This document shows positions 1 through 13,674 of a DNA stretch of 64,000 nt, piece by piece. Numbering within the stretch: position 1 is the stretch's first letter; the number at the start of each line of letters is the position of its first letter. This stretch comes from the human T2T-CHM13v2.0 reference genome, Homo sapiens. The notes under the pieces are model-generated. The model was not told where the DNA came from. It saw nothing but the letters and a program-made list of their open reading frames with translations, and did no database searches. Both the position numbers and the translations under genes were made by a program. Location: NCBI RefSeq assembly GCF_009914755.1, contig NC_060931.1, one strand, 5' to 3'.

Positions 1-672
1 TATTTTGCTTTACTTGTATGAGAAAATAGCTGTGAACAATGTAAAACATCATGATTTATTGGTCCAAGGGTCATAGATTTGGATTAAATGGTCGGGAACA
101 TCTATCAGTTAAGTTAGGTGACTCACAGATCAATTATTGATTTATCTTTATATACAGTATTTTGATGTTTGAAGAATAAGAGCGAAAAGGAAATTGTTCT
201 TGGTAAATGAAATTCCAATTTCAATTGTATAATTCAGGGCTAAACTATCACTTTCCCTTATTTTACTAAGCAATTAAAGTAAGATACTTATTTTAAATGT
301 GTTTGATGTCTGCCCTTTTGTCCTACATAAAATAACATCCTCAATGCTGCCTACATGGTTTTATCATCTTAATTGTTAAAAGCCCCAGGAAAGATTCTAC
401 CCATCTATCACATCTATATTGTACTTCTTCCATTCTGCCCTTTAAAGTACCCTCACCACATTTTGGACACTTCTGGTGGAGGCAGCAGTACAGTGCCTTT
501 CTAGGAACCTCTGTATGAAAAATTTGGTTTGCTGTTTGGGTTCTAATATTCTTGTGTATTGTCCCCCTGGTGTATCTCAAACAGTGTAAGAAAAAAGATA
601 TTGTACAGGACATATGCATACTGCTACTGTACAACATTAAAGTAACAGAAGGCCAGGCAGGCTCCAGTTTTA

Positions 673-718
673 TATGACGTCTGGCTAGCAATCAGTATGA
701 CGTCTGGCCAACAATCAG
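673..718. repeat. Tandem duplication of a 23-bp unit (21/23 identical)
   Basis: tatgacgtctggctagcaatcag (673-695) is followed directly by tatgacgtctggccaacaatcag (696-718). Confidence 0.9.
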
Positions 719-1199
719 GTTTTTGGTAGTGACAGAAGTCTTCATTAGTTCCAGATTGCAATTCTTATGTTAATTGTATGAGATGTCAATCCTGCTGAAA
801 ATTTGGCAATAGTTTCAAATTTTATCTTTAATTCTGAGTGTTTTGACTTTTACTAAATATTCATAAAAGCCTTAGAGAGAAAATGGTGTTTTAGAAGCAA
901 AATCTTGCTATGGTCAACTAGCTATTAAAAGGGAAATATAATTCTCTTTCCTTATTGTCTGCCACAAACACCAAGATTCAAGTTTATATCAATATAAAAT
1001 TGGGTAATGATATTTTATCTGGACTAGTATTGAAATATACAGTTACATGTTGGCAAGTAGATAAAAATATCCTTTCCTTTGAAAATGTATACACATACAT
1101 GTCCACACATAATATTCTATTTTATTTGCACAACATCTGAAATCCACATTGGAGATAGTAAAAAACAGAAGTTTTACTTGAATCCGTAGACATTTTAAT

Positions 1200-2150
1200 C
1201 AATGACATGAAGAAAAATTTCTGGATTTCTCCATCATAAAGAAGATAAACAAGATTAAATAAAATAAAATGATGCAAGAGAGGATAGATATGACAAAAAT
1301 CTTTTAAGTAAATAATTACAGATATTTCTTAGGAGCTTGATGATTAAAACATAAACAAAAGCAAATTATAATCAATAAATTTTTCTAAAAATATTAAAAG
1401 AGGAAAATATAAAGGGAAAAATAAAATCTGTGAAAGTGGTTTGAAGAAACTTACTGTGCTTAGGAAGAAGAATAATATGAATATGATGGAAGAAAATGAA
1501 TATGAATAGATACCAGCAAACACTTTGAACTACAAAGATTTTTTTTTTTTTTAAATGCTCAGGACTTATTGGCAAGGAAAAGAATCGGGTTATTTACAAA
1601 GGGAAAAATTCATGACAGCCTCCGATGTCTATAAGAAAGTAAACATAAAACAGTATTACAGATATAAAACACTAATTTTAATCACATCATATAACATTTA
1701 ATGTTAAATTGAGCATTTAATATTATTGGATAACAATTTAATTATATGTAAAATTTAATATTAAACATATTGACTTGGTTAGAAAATATATACAAAAGAT
1801 GCCATTAATATATATGTAACAGAAATTTATAATAAATGGATGGGAAGATATATTTAAGCAAATGCAAATAGAAAATATATACAGTAATTTTAAATTTGCA
1901 GTTAAAGCAAAATATTTAAGCAATTTTGAAGATGAGCTCTTTTGAATGCATAAATCATGGTTATATAAAACCAAAGAAACTACTCAGCATTTGATAAATA
2001 AAACACAAAAACATACATATATACCCAAAAATAATGTATAAATAAAATAAGCATTTTCAAATATATGTATTACTCCAAAAACAAGAACTTATTTTTATAT
2101 ATCCTAAGAATAAATTATATCCCAAATCCTAAAACCTAATATTTTATACA
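1200..2150 (+). mobile_element. Very old L1M/HAL1-like relic (ORF1-like region)
   Basis: Strongly A-rich top strand. 1575-1630 resembles the ORF1 'VTYKGKxIRLxSDFS' coding stretch. Heavily decayed. Confidence 0.35.
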
Positions 2151-2181
2151 TCACAGATTAGCCAAATTAATTTCTTAATGA

Positions 2182-2484
<303 letters not shown>

Positions 2485-2513
2485 TCTTAACAAATTTTCT
2501 AAAAATAAAACAA

Positions 2514-2755
2514 GCTGCTGCACTCTTGCCTGCCACCCTCCCCGACCACTGCACCAGTGCACACTTGCCTGTGGACACCCTACCACACTTGGTGGTGCAC
2601 ACTTGTCCATGGCACCCTGCAGCAAGGATTCCTTCATGATCCCCTTACCTCCCCGCCAGAGCGTTGTTGCCAGCAGAGGAGAATACCTTGACCCCTCCAG
2701 CACAGCAGGGGGCAAGAGAACAAAGGCTGGCCTGGTCCCAGCCTTCCTGGGGACT
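2514..2755 (+). mobile_element. GC-rich L1 5'UTR fragment (L1PA13-16/L1PB-like)
   Basis: GC-rich block with 'gagaacaaaggctggcctggtcccagcc', resembling older primate L1 5'UTRs. It abuts mid-ORF1 sequence. Confidence 0.55.
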
Positions 2756-5700
2756 AGAGACGGGGAGAATGAAAACAAGCTGGAAAACATACTTCAGGAT
2801 ATTATCCAGAAGAACTTCCCCAGCCAGGAAATACAGAGAACACCATTAAGATATTCCATGAGAAGATCAGCCCCAAGACACATAATTATCAGATTCTCCA
2901 AGATCGAAATGAAGGAAAAACTGTTAAGGGCAGCCAGAGAGAAAGGCTGGGTCACCTACAAAGGGAAGCCCATCAGACTAATAGCGGACATCTCAGCAAA
3001 AATTCTACAAGCCAGAAGAGATGGGGGGGCAATATTAAACATTCCTAAAGGAAAGAATTTTCAACCCGGAATTTCATATCTAGCCAAACTAAGCTTCATA
3101 AGTGAAGGAAAAATAAAATCCTTTACAGACAAGCAAATTCTGAGGGATTTTGTTACCACCAGGCCTGCCCTGCAATAGCTCCTGAAAGAAGCACTAAATA
3201 TGGAAAGGAAAAGCCAGGACCAGCCACTGCAAAAACATACCAGAATATAAAGACCAATGACACTAAGAAGAAACTGCATCAACCAGAGTGCAAAATAACC
3301 AAATAGCATCATGATGACAGGATCAAATTCACACATAACAATACTAATCTTAAATATAAATGGGCTAAATGACCCAATTAAAAGACACAGACTAGCAAAT
3401 TGGATAAGGAGTCAAGACCCATTGGTGTGCTATATTCAGGAGATCCATCATACATACAAAGACACATTGGCTCAAAATAAAGGGATGGAGGAAAATTTAC
3501 CAAACAAATGGGGGTGCAATCCTAGTCTCTGACAAACAGACTTTAAAACAACAAAGATCAAAAAAGACAAAGAAGGGCGTTACAAAATGGTAAAGAGAAC
3601 AATTCAACAAGAAGTGTTAACTATTCTGAATATATATGCACCCAATACAGGAGCACCCAGATGCATAAAACAAGTTATTAGAGACCTACAAAGAGAGTTA
3701 GACTTCCATACAATCGTAGTGGGAGCCTTTAACACCCCACTGTCAATATTAGACAGAACAACGAGACAGAAAATTAACAAAGATATTCAGGACTTGAACT
3801 CAGCTCTGGATCAAGTGGATCTAGTAGACATCTACAGAACTCTCTACCCCAAATCAACAGAATATATATTCCTCTCAGTGCCAAATGGCACTTACTATAA
3901 AATTGACCACATAATTGGAAGTAACACACTCCTCAGCAAATGCAAAATAACTGAAATCATAACAAAGAGTCTCTCAGACCACAGTGCAATCAAATCAGAA
4001 CTCGGGACTAAGAAACTCACTCAAAACCACACGATTTCATAGAAATTGAACAACCTGCTCCTGAATGACTCCTGGGTAAATAATGAAATTAAGGCAGAAA
4101 TCAAAAAGTTCTTTGAAACCAGGGAGAACAAAGAGACTACTTACCAGAATCTCTGGGACACAGCTAAAGCAGTGTTAAGAAGGAAATTTATAGAACTAAA
4201 TGCCCACATCAGAAAGCTAGAAAGATATCAAATTGTCACTCTAACATTACAATTAAAAGAGCTAGAGAGGCAAGAGCAAAGTAATCCAAAAGTTAGCAGA
4301 AGACAAGAAATAACTAAGAGCAGAGAAGAACTGAAGGAGACAGAGACACAAAAAACCCTCCAAGTAGTCAATGAATCCAGGAGCTGGTTTTTTGAAAAAA
4401 TTAACAAAACAGATAGACTGCTAGCCAAACTAATAAAGATGAAGAGAAAGAAAAATCAAATAGACACAATAAAAAATGATAAAGGGGATATCACCAATGA
4501 CCCCACGGAAATACAAACTACCATCAGAGAATAATCTATGCAATAACCTCTACACAAATAAAGTAGAAAATCTAGAAGAAATGGATAGATTCCTGGATGT
4601 ATATACCCTGCATAAACCAGGAAGAAGTTGAATCCTGAGTAGAACAATAACAAGCTCTGATATTGAGGCAGTAATTAATAGCCTATCAACCAAAAAAAGC
4701 CCAGGACCAGATGGATCCACAACTGAATTCTACCAGAAATACAAAGAAGAGCTGGTACCATTCCTTCTGAAACTATTCCAAACAACTGAATAGGAGGGAC
4801 TTCTCCCTAACTCATTTTATGAAGCCAGCATCATCTGATACCAAAACCCGGAATACACACAACAAAAGAAAGAAAATTTCAGGCCAGTGTCTCTGATGAA
4901 TATCAATGTGAAAATCCTCAATAAAATACTGGCAAAACAAATCCAGCAGCACATCAAAAAACTTATCCACCACGATCAAGTTAGCTTCATCCCTAGGATG
5001 CAAGGCTGGTTCAACATATGCAAATCAACAAACATAATCCATCACATAAACAGAATCAAAGACAAAACCACATTATTATCTCAATAGATGCAGAAAAGGC
5101 TGTTAAAAAACCCAACATCTCTTCATGTTAAAAACTCTCAACAAACTAGGTATTGATGGAACATATCTCAAAATAATAGCAGCTATTTATGACAAACCCA
5201 CAGCCAATATCATATTGAATGGGCAACAGCTGGAAGCATTCCCTTTGAAAACTAGTAAAAGAGAAGAATGCCCTCTCTTGACACTCCTATTCAACATGGT
5301 ATTGGAAGTTCTGGCCGGGGCAATCAGGCAAAAGAAAGAAATAAAGTGTACTCAAATAGGAAGAGAGGAAGTCAAGTTGTCTGTGTTTGCAGAAGACACG
5401 ATTTTATATTTAGAAAACCCCATCATCTCAGCCAAAAAACTTCTTGAAATGATAAGCAACTTCAGCAAAGTCTCAGGATGCAGAATCAATGTGCAGAAAT
5501 CACAAGCATTCCTTTACACCAATATGCAAGCAGAGAGCCAAATCATGAATGAACTCCCTTTCACAATTGCTACAAAGAGAATAAAATACCTAGGAATAGA
5601 GCTAACAAGGGATGTGAAGAAATTCTTCAAGGAGAATGACAAACCACTGCTCAAGGAAACAAGAGAGGACACAAACAAATGGAAAAACATTCTATCCTCA

Positions 5701-7646
5701 TGGATAGGAAGAATCAATATTGTGAAAATGGCTGTACTGCTCAAAGTAATTTATAGATTCAATGCCATTACCATCAAACTACCATTGACATTCTCCACAT
5801 AATTGGAAAAACTATTTTAAATTTCATATGGATTCAAAGAAGACCCCATATAGCCAAGACAATCCTAAGCAAAAAAAAACAAAAAAACAACAACAAAAAA
5901 AAACAAAGCTGGAGGCATCACACTACTTGACTTCAAACTATACAACAAGGCTACAGTAACCAAAACAACATGGTACTGATACTAAAACAGACATATAGAA
6001 CAATGGAGCAGAACAGAGACCTCAGAAATAACACCACACATCTACAACCATCTGATCTTTGACAAACCTGGCAAAAACAAGCAATGGGGAAATGATCTCC
6101 TATTCAGTAAAGAGTGCTGGGAAAACTGGCTAGCCATATGCAGAAAATTGAAACTGGACCCCTTCCTTACACCTTATACAAAAATTAATTCAAGATGGAT
6201 TAAAGACTTAAATATAAAACCCCAAACCATAAAAACCCTAGAAGAAAACCTAGGCAATACCATTCAGGACATACGCATGGACAAAGTCCTCATGACAAAA
6301 ACTCCAAAAGCAATTGCAACAAAAGCCAAAATTGACAAATAGGATATATTTAAACTAAAGAGGTTCAGCACAGCAAAAGAAACTATCATCAGCGTGAACT
6401 GGCAATCTACAGAATGGGAGAACATTTTTGCCATCTACCCATCTGACAAAGGTCTAATATCCAGAATTTATAAGGGACTTAAACATATTTAAAAGAAAAA
6501 AACAAACAACCTCATCAAAAAGTGGGCAAAGTATATGAACAGACACTTCTCAATAGAAGATATTTACATGGCCAACAAACATGTGAAGAAAAGCTCAACA
6601 TCGCTGATCATCAAATGCAAACCAAAACCACAGTGAGATACAATCTCATGCCAGTCAGAACGGCCATTATTAAAAAGTCAGGAAACAGGCCAGGTGCAGT
6701 GGCTCATGCCTGTGATCCCAGCACTTTGGGAGGCTGAGGCGGGTGGATCATGAGGTCAGGAGATCCAGACCATCCTGGCTAACACAGTGAAACCCCGTCT
6801 CTACTAAAAATACAAAAAATTAACCAGGCATGGTGGTGGGCGCCTGTAGTCCCAGCTACTCAGGAGGCTGAGGCAGGAAAATGGCCTGAACCTGGGAGGC
6901 GGAGCTTGCAGTGAGCCCAGATTGTGTCACTGCACTCCAGACTGGGCAACAGAGCAAGACCCCCTCTCAAAAAAAAAAAGAAAAAAAAAAGTCTGGAAAC
7001 AATAGATGCTGGCAAGCCTGTGGAGAAACAGGAACATTTTGACACTGTTGGTGGGAATGCAAATCAGTTCAACCATTGTGGAAGACAGTGTGGTGATTCC
7101 TCAAGGATCTAGAACCAGAAATACCATTTGACCCAGCAATCCCATTACTGGGTATAGACCCAAAGGAATATAAATCATTCTACTATAAAGACACATGCAC
7201 ACATATGCTTACTGCAGCACTATTTACAGTAGCAAAGACATGGAACCAACTCAAATGCCCATCAATGATAGACTGGATAAAGAAAATGTGGTACATATAC
7301 ACTATGGAATACTATGCAGCCATAAAAAGGAATGAGATCATGTCCTTTGCAAGGACATGGATGAAGCTGGGAGCCATCATCCTTAGCAAACTAGCACAGG
7401 AACAGAAAACCAAACACCACATGTTCTCACTCATTAGTGGGAGTTGAACATTGAGAACACATGGACACAGTGAAGGGAACAACACACACCAAGGCCTGTT
7501 GACATGTGGGGGGTGAGGGGAGAGAACTTAGAGGATGGGTAAATAATAGGTGCAGCAAACCAACATGGCACACGTATACCTATGTAACAAACCTGCACGT
7601 TCTGTACATGTATCTTTTTTTTTTTAAAGAAATAAAGGAAAAAAAA
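2756..7646 (+). mobile_element. L1PA8A-like LINE-1: ORF1 3' half, disrupted ORF2, 3'UTR and poly-A
   Basis: ORF fragments match L1 ORF1p RRM/CTD (to ~3250) and ORF2p EN/RT/C-terminus (3314-7447), with many stops and frameshifts. The RT motif FADD has become FAED. The 3'UTR 'gaacttagaggatggg...tttttttaaagaaataaa' is L1PA8A-type. Confidence 0.9.
6688..6985 (+). mobile_element. AluY inserted in L1 ORF2
   Basis: AluY diagnostics (gctaacacagtgaaac, ggagcttgcagtgag). 16-bp TSD aaaaagtc(a/t)ggaaaca at 6672-6687 and 6986-7001. Confidence 0.95.
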
Positions 7647-9053
7647 TAGGTATACTACCGAAAGTAACTTACAGATTCAGTGCTAATCCTACCAAACTAT
7701 CAATGACATTTCTCATGGAATTAGAAAAAAATTCTAAAATTCATATGGAACAAATAAAAAGCCTGAATAGCCAAGGTGATTCTAAGCAAAAAGAACAAGG
7801 CCTGAAGCATCACACTACCCAATTTCAAACTATACTACAGGGCTTCAGTAACCAAAAGAGCATGGTACTGTTACTAAAAATAGACACATAGACCAATGGA
7901 ACAGGTTAGAAAACCCAGAAATTAAGTCACACACCTACAACCATCTGACCATTCTGGACATAGGCTTTGGCAAAGATTTCATGAGGAAATCTCCAAAACC
8001 AATTGCAACAAAGATAAAAATAAACAAGTGGGGCCAAATTAAACTAAAGAGCTTCTGTACAGCAAAAGAAACCATCAAAAGAGTAAACAAGTAACATGCA
8101 GAATGGGAGAAAATATTCACAAACTATGCATCTGAAAAAGGTCTGATATACAGAATCTACAAGGAACTTAAATCAACAAGCAAGCAACAAAGAACCCCAT
8201 TAAAAAGTGGGCAAAGGATATGAACAGACACTTCTCAAAATAAGAGACACACATGGCCAACAAGCATATGTAAATTGCTCAAATCACTAATTATTATTGA
8301 AATGCAAATTATAGCCACAATGAGATAACATCTCACACCAGTAAGAATGGCTATGATAAAAACATAAAAAAAAAACAGATGGTGGTGAGGTGGCAGAGGA
8401 AGGGGAACACTTATACACTTCTGGTGGGGATGCAAATTAGTTTAGCCACTGTGGAAAACAGTCTGGAGATTTCTCAAAGAAACTTAAAGCAGAGCTATTA
8501 TTCAACCCAACATTTCCAATATGAAGTATATACCCAAAGGAATGTAAATTATTCTACCACAAAGACACCTGCATATGTATCTTCATCACAATGCTATTCA
8601 CAATAGAAAAGAAAAAAAAATCAACCTAAATGCCCATCAATGGTAGAACAGATAAAGAAAATGTGGTACATATACACCACGGAATACTACACAGCCATAA
8701 AAAACAATGACATTGTGTCCTTTGCAGCAACATGGATGGAACTGTAAGCTATTATGCTAAGCGAATTAATGCAGGAACAGAAGACCAAATACCGCATGTT
8801 CTCACTTATAAGTGGGAGTCAAACATTGAGTACACATGGACATAAAGATACGAACAAGAGACATTGGGGCCTATTTAAGGGGAGAGGGTGGAAGGAGGGG
8901 GAGGGTGGAAAAACTACCTACAGGGTACTAGGCCCACTACGTGGGTGATGAAATTATTTGTACACCAAAACCTAGTGACATGCAATTTACCCATGTAACA
9001 AACATGCACATGTAACCCTGGAACCTAAAATAACAGTTGAAAAAAGAAAAAAA
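7647..9053 (+). mobile_element. Older L1 3' portion (L1PA16/L1PB-like) with ~200-bp internal deletion at 7948/7949
   Basis: ORF2 C-terminal homology. 3'UTR 'gagtacacatggacataaag...aaaactacctacagggtac' ends in an A-tail. Confidence 0.85.
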
Positions 9054-9689
9054 TACAAAAACTCCAAAACAGCCATATTAACAACTGTTCAACAATTGTC
9101 ATTTGAAAAAAAGACACAAATATCCAGTTTCAGTAACGTTTTTAATGAATAAAAGAAATATGGAGAAGCTGTAAAATAATTTTAGAAAGCTTCTTATAAT
9201 TCTATATTAATACAATTTAAGTATATAACACACATGAACCCTTTAAGAGATTATGAGTAACATGTATAACAAAAGAAGAAAAGCTTTAATTGATCAATAA
9301 ATCTGGAACACCTAGGAAAAACTGTTTCAAAAAAGTAATCTAAAAATGGTGCAAATCTGAATCAATTATAAGTGACTTCTTTTAGAATTTCAAAATGGTT
9401 TCCATAATCTGTAATGTATGTCAGCACGTAGAAAAAAACTGAAAAACTCTCATACTCATGATATTAAGTGAGCATACCAAAATCATGTAAAACACAAAAG
9501 TTTACCATAAATTAGGAAAATGATCAATGGAATAAAGACATAATTCGCAAGATACAAACTATAAAGAGTAATTGATCTATTGTTAGTATTTAAATTACTT
9601 TTAATCAAGTAAATTAAAATTAAAATTTTACATTATTTTGCTTTCTACTTGGAAAATACTTTTCAGAAATATGTTACGTATTCCTGAGC

Positions 9690-10050
9690 AGTAAAATGGG
9701 CAACTTCACACATGCTGATAAGAATATAAAATGGCACATTTCTGAAGGGCAGTTCCATGATATACATAATGAAAATTTCAAAGATAAAAATTATTTCAGC
9801 CAGTAATTCCACTACAATAACTGTTTATAAGAGAGTAGTTAAATATGTGCACAAAAATTTAAGTACATAATTTTCATTCTTACCATCCTTACAGTGGCAA
9901 GAAAACTGAAATTATGTTAGGGTACAACAAATATGTGATAGATTAATTATTTTTTGATGTATCCACATCATAAAATCGTATATTTATATCAGTTTAGAAT
10001 AATATTCCGTTATGTAGAAAACACTTATGTTAAATTAAAAATAGAATGTA
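9690..10050 (+). mobile_element. L1ME-like 3' relic
   Basis: Decayed similarity to the L1 ORF2 end (cacatgctgataagaatataaaatgg ... ccagtaattccacta). Confidence 0.45.
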
Positions 10051-10074
10051 TAACTGCATGACCCAATAATGCTC

Positions 10075-10352
10075 ATTTTTTAATTGACAAATAAAAAATT
10101 GTATATATTTATGGGGTACATCATAATGTTTTGGTATATGTACACATTGTGGAATGGCTAAATCAAGCTAATTAACATATGTATTACCTCACAAACTTAT
10201 TTTTTCGTGGTGAGAACTCTTAAAATCTACTCTTTTGGCAATTTTGAAGATACACTACATTGTTGTTAACTATAGTCACCATAATGTACCACAGACCTCT
10301 TTCAATTTGCTTCCCCTGTCAAATAAATTTTGTATCCTTTGACCAACATCTT
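10075..10352 (-). mobile_element. L1MA-type 3' end fragment
   Basis: 'aattgacaaataaaaaattgtatatatttatggggtaca...gaccaacatcttccc'. Possible TSD cccaataat at 10062 and 10353. Confidence 0.85.
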
Positions 10353-10913
10353 CCCAATAATATTTAAAGGATTATAATTTAGTTATATGTATATAAAAAT
10401 ATAAAAAGATGTCAGATTGGACCTTACCTGGTAAGCGGGTCTGGAGCTAATATGTGGTTAAAGAAAATGTATCAAATATCAATCAATTGGTTAAAGCAAA
10501 TGCAGAGAGGGGAGGCTAACATGTCCTGTGGAATTTACTAGGACATGACTAAACTCAAACTACTACCAGAATCTCGTCCTCCCTCCTCTCTTCTCCCTCA
10601 ATAAGCCATGTATGGGCAAAACTGTGGTAAACTGTTAACCAAGGAAGGGAGGAATAAAGCTCTTTACCTTTCCAAACTCGAGTCAAATAAAGGGGCTTCC
10701 TTCAAGGCAAATAAAATGAATCCAGGGGAACTACTCAAAGGGATTGGGGGCAGGGCGTAGTCTTATAGGAAAGAGAGACTAGCGTCTTATTTCACACTTT
10801 TTTATATAGTAAATTGCACTTTGCCTCCTACATTCATTTAAGCAAAGGCTGAAGGGACTCAGAGAAAAACAGTAGATCAGAGAAGCATCTATGGAATTGG
10901 CTGCAATATCCCC

Positions 10914-11450
10914 TGTGATGGTTCATATTGAGTATCAACTCGATTGGATTGAAGAATGCAAAATATTGTTCCTGGGTGTGTCTGTGAGAGTGCTGCCAAA
11001 GATTAACATTTGAGTCAGTGGACTGGGAGAGACAGACCCAGTCTCAATCTGTGTAGGCACCAACTGATCAGTTGCCATTGCCGCTAGAATAAAGCAGGCA
11101 GAAGAACGTGGAAGGATTTGACTTGCCGAGTCTTCCAGCCTTCATCTTTTCCCCGTGCTAGAGGCTTCCTGCCCTCAAACATCAGACTCCGAGTTCTTCA
11201 GCTTTTGGGCTCTTGGACTTGTACCAGTGGTTAGCCACCAACTCTCAGACCACAGACTGAAGGCTGCACTGTTGGCGTCCCTACTTTTGAGGTTTTGGCA
11301 CTTGCACTGGCTTCCCTGCTCCTCAGCTTGAAGATAGCCTATTATGGGACTTCACCTTGTGATGGCGTGAGTCAACACACCTTAATGAACTCCCCTTCAT
11401 ATGTACATATCCTATTGGTTCTGTCCCTCTGGAGAACCCTGACTAATGTA
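10914..11450 (+). mobile_element. MLT2A (HERV-L) solo LTR, probably MLT2A2 by length
   Basis: Begins tgtgatggtt and ends gagaaccctgactaatgta. Perfect 5-bp TSD tcccc (10909-10913, 11451-11455). Confidence 0.92.
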
Positions 11451-12564
11451 TCCCCATTTGTAAGATTCCTGTGGGTAAAGTATAGGGCACTGTGGTAGTG
11501 GGGATGGTGATGTGCAAAGTGAAGAAGTCCTGCACAGAAAACCTCCAAAGAGAGTGAACTGTGCAGTTGGAGGCCCCCAAGGTTCTCCATAACAAGCACA
11601 CACGAGGCTCAAAATTTGCAGTCCTGCCACGAAGTATGTTGTCAGGTGACCCGTGTTAGTGAAAAGTCCTCTCCCATTCCTACAAGAGGAAAGTAGTGAA
11701 GACATTTAATTATCCCAGAGGATGACTTATCTGTATTCCGGGTCATATGAGTACAAGTTTAAACAACTTTGGATGGAAAAGGAAGAGGTCACAAAGCTTT
11801 CAACTGAATATGGAATTGGAATTTTTCAAAAGACTAGACCCAATTGAAATTTATAAAAATTGAAAGAAATTAAAATCTAAGGATTTTCCAAAGTGGTCAT
11901 TTAGGAATGAAGAAAAAAAAAAAAAAAGGAAATTCACCAACATGGTAAAAGGTTATGATTGGAGAAAACTAAAACCATTTCTTTTCTGGAGTCCACTGAT
12001 TAAAAATTGTTTAAAAATCAGTTAAAAGTAATTGCTTGACAAGAAAATGAATAACGGAAAAATAGCCTAGTATTATTGCTTATAAAACTTCACATAATAA
12101 TTTTGACTACAGTCTTAGAAAGGACTATGTAAGATAATTTATTCAATAACCTGGGAGTGGGGGCAGAACTCTTTATAGCTAACATTTTATGGCAGCCCTA
12201 AGTTGGTCAGCTTAATTAATTTCTATCTCAATTAAACTAGCTAATGTCTAACACTAGCTTTAGAATTTTAAAGACTAAATTATCTATTAAATCTATGACA
12301 TGAAAATTGAAGGTTTCAGCTAATTATCTGGATAAATATAAAGTACTGCTTAAGGATAGTTCTGGCCAACTCCACACGTCCCTTTGAAACAGTTCTTCAG
12401 GTTAAAGGATGTTGACAATTCCTGGAAGCAAATGCAGGTTCCCGATTTTATGACTTCATTTTCTTTGCCTCTGTAAAATCACAGGGATCACTCATCAAAC
12501 AATAACCAGGACATGTACTTGCCTAGATCCTAATGATTCATTATAACACAAGAATCTGGGGAAA

Positions 12565-12710
12565 TAGGGCTGGAGCCAGACTGGTATTAAACTCTAGCTC
12601 TACCCCTTCTTGGCTGGGTGACTGGGCAAGTTATGTGACTGTGCCTCAGCTTCTTCATTTTTACAAAGGGGCTAATAGCTGTTTTGCTTGATAGGGTTAT
12701 TATTAAAAAG
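12565..12710 (+). mobile_element. MIR
   Basis: ctggagccagactgg...gggcaagtta...tgtgcctcagcttcttcattt core. Confidence 0.75.
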
Positions 12711-13388
12711 AAAACCAAATAAAATACAAAAATCACTCAGAATATAAGTATTAACCAAGATATTGATTTTGAGAGATTATTACTGTATACAGCTATTGAC
12801 CAAAAACTAAAACAATCAGTATTTCAAAAAATTTTTAAAAAGTAATAAGCATCAATTGTCCTACCTTTTCCTAAATGGTACTCCTATTTTCACCTTCATA
12901 CCTGAACCATATTATTTTAACATCCTGACGTTTTTCTGGATTATATTTCAATACTCATGCAGCTCAGTATAGGAAATAGGTATAAAGAGATTGCAGATGT
13001 ATGTTCTTTACATAAAATATCATACTTCTATAATTGAATAGAAGCAAAATTCTTTTTCCTCTGTTAACAAAAAGATATATACTTGCTTTCATCATTGAAT
13101 GATTTTTTTTTTTTAGTTTTACATCTGGGAAACAGGGTATATTGATATTGAAGCCATATTACACTGGAATTTTTATATAATATTCTCTCCCCTTTACATA
13201 TCTTACATTTTATTATTGCAAATATTGAAGCTGAAATTAACTCAAATCCTGTGTTGATGCAGGAATAATTTAAGTTATAAAATTAACTCAGAAGATTATG
13301 TGTAAACTGTGATTGAAACAGACTCTCCTGTCTTATAGAACTATAATTTCTCTGCAAAGTGAAATCCAACCAATAATTAGCATTTACC

Positions 13389-13674
<286 letters not shown>

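Noticed and set aside
341-691. 116-aa ORF with CPKC (zinc-finger-like)
   Set aside because: Non-ATG start, no convincing domain spacing or splice context; probably chance.
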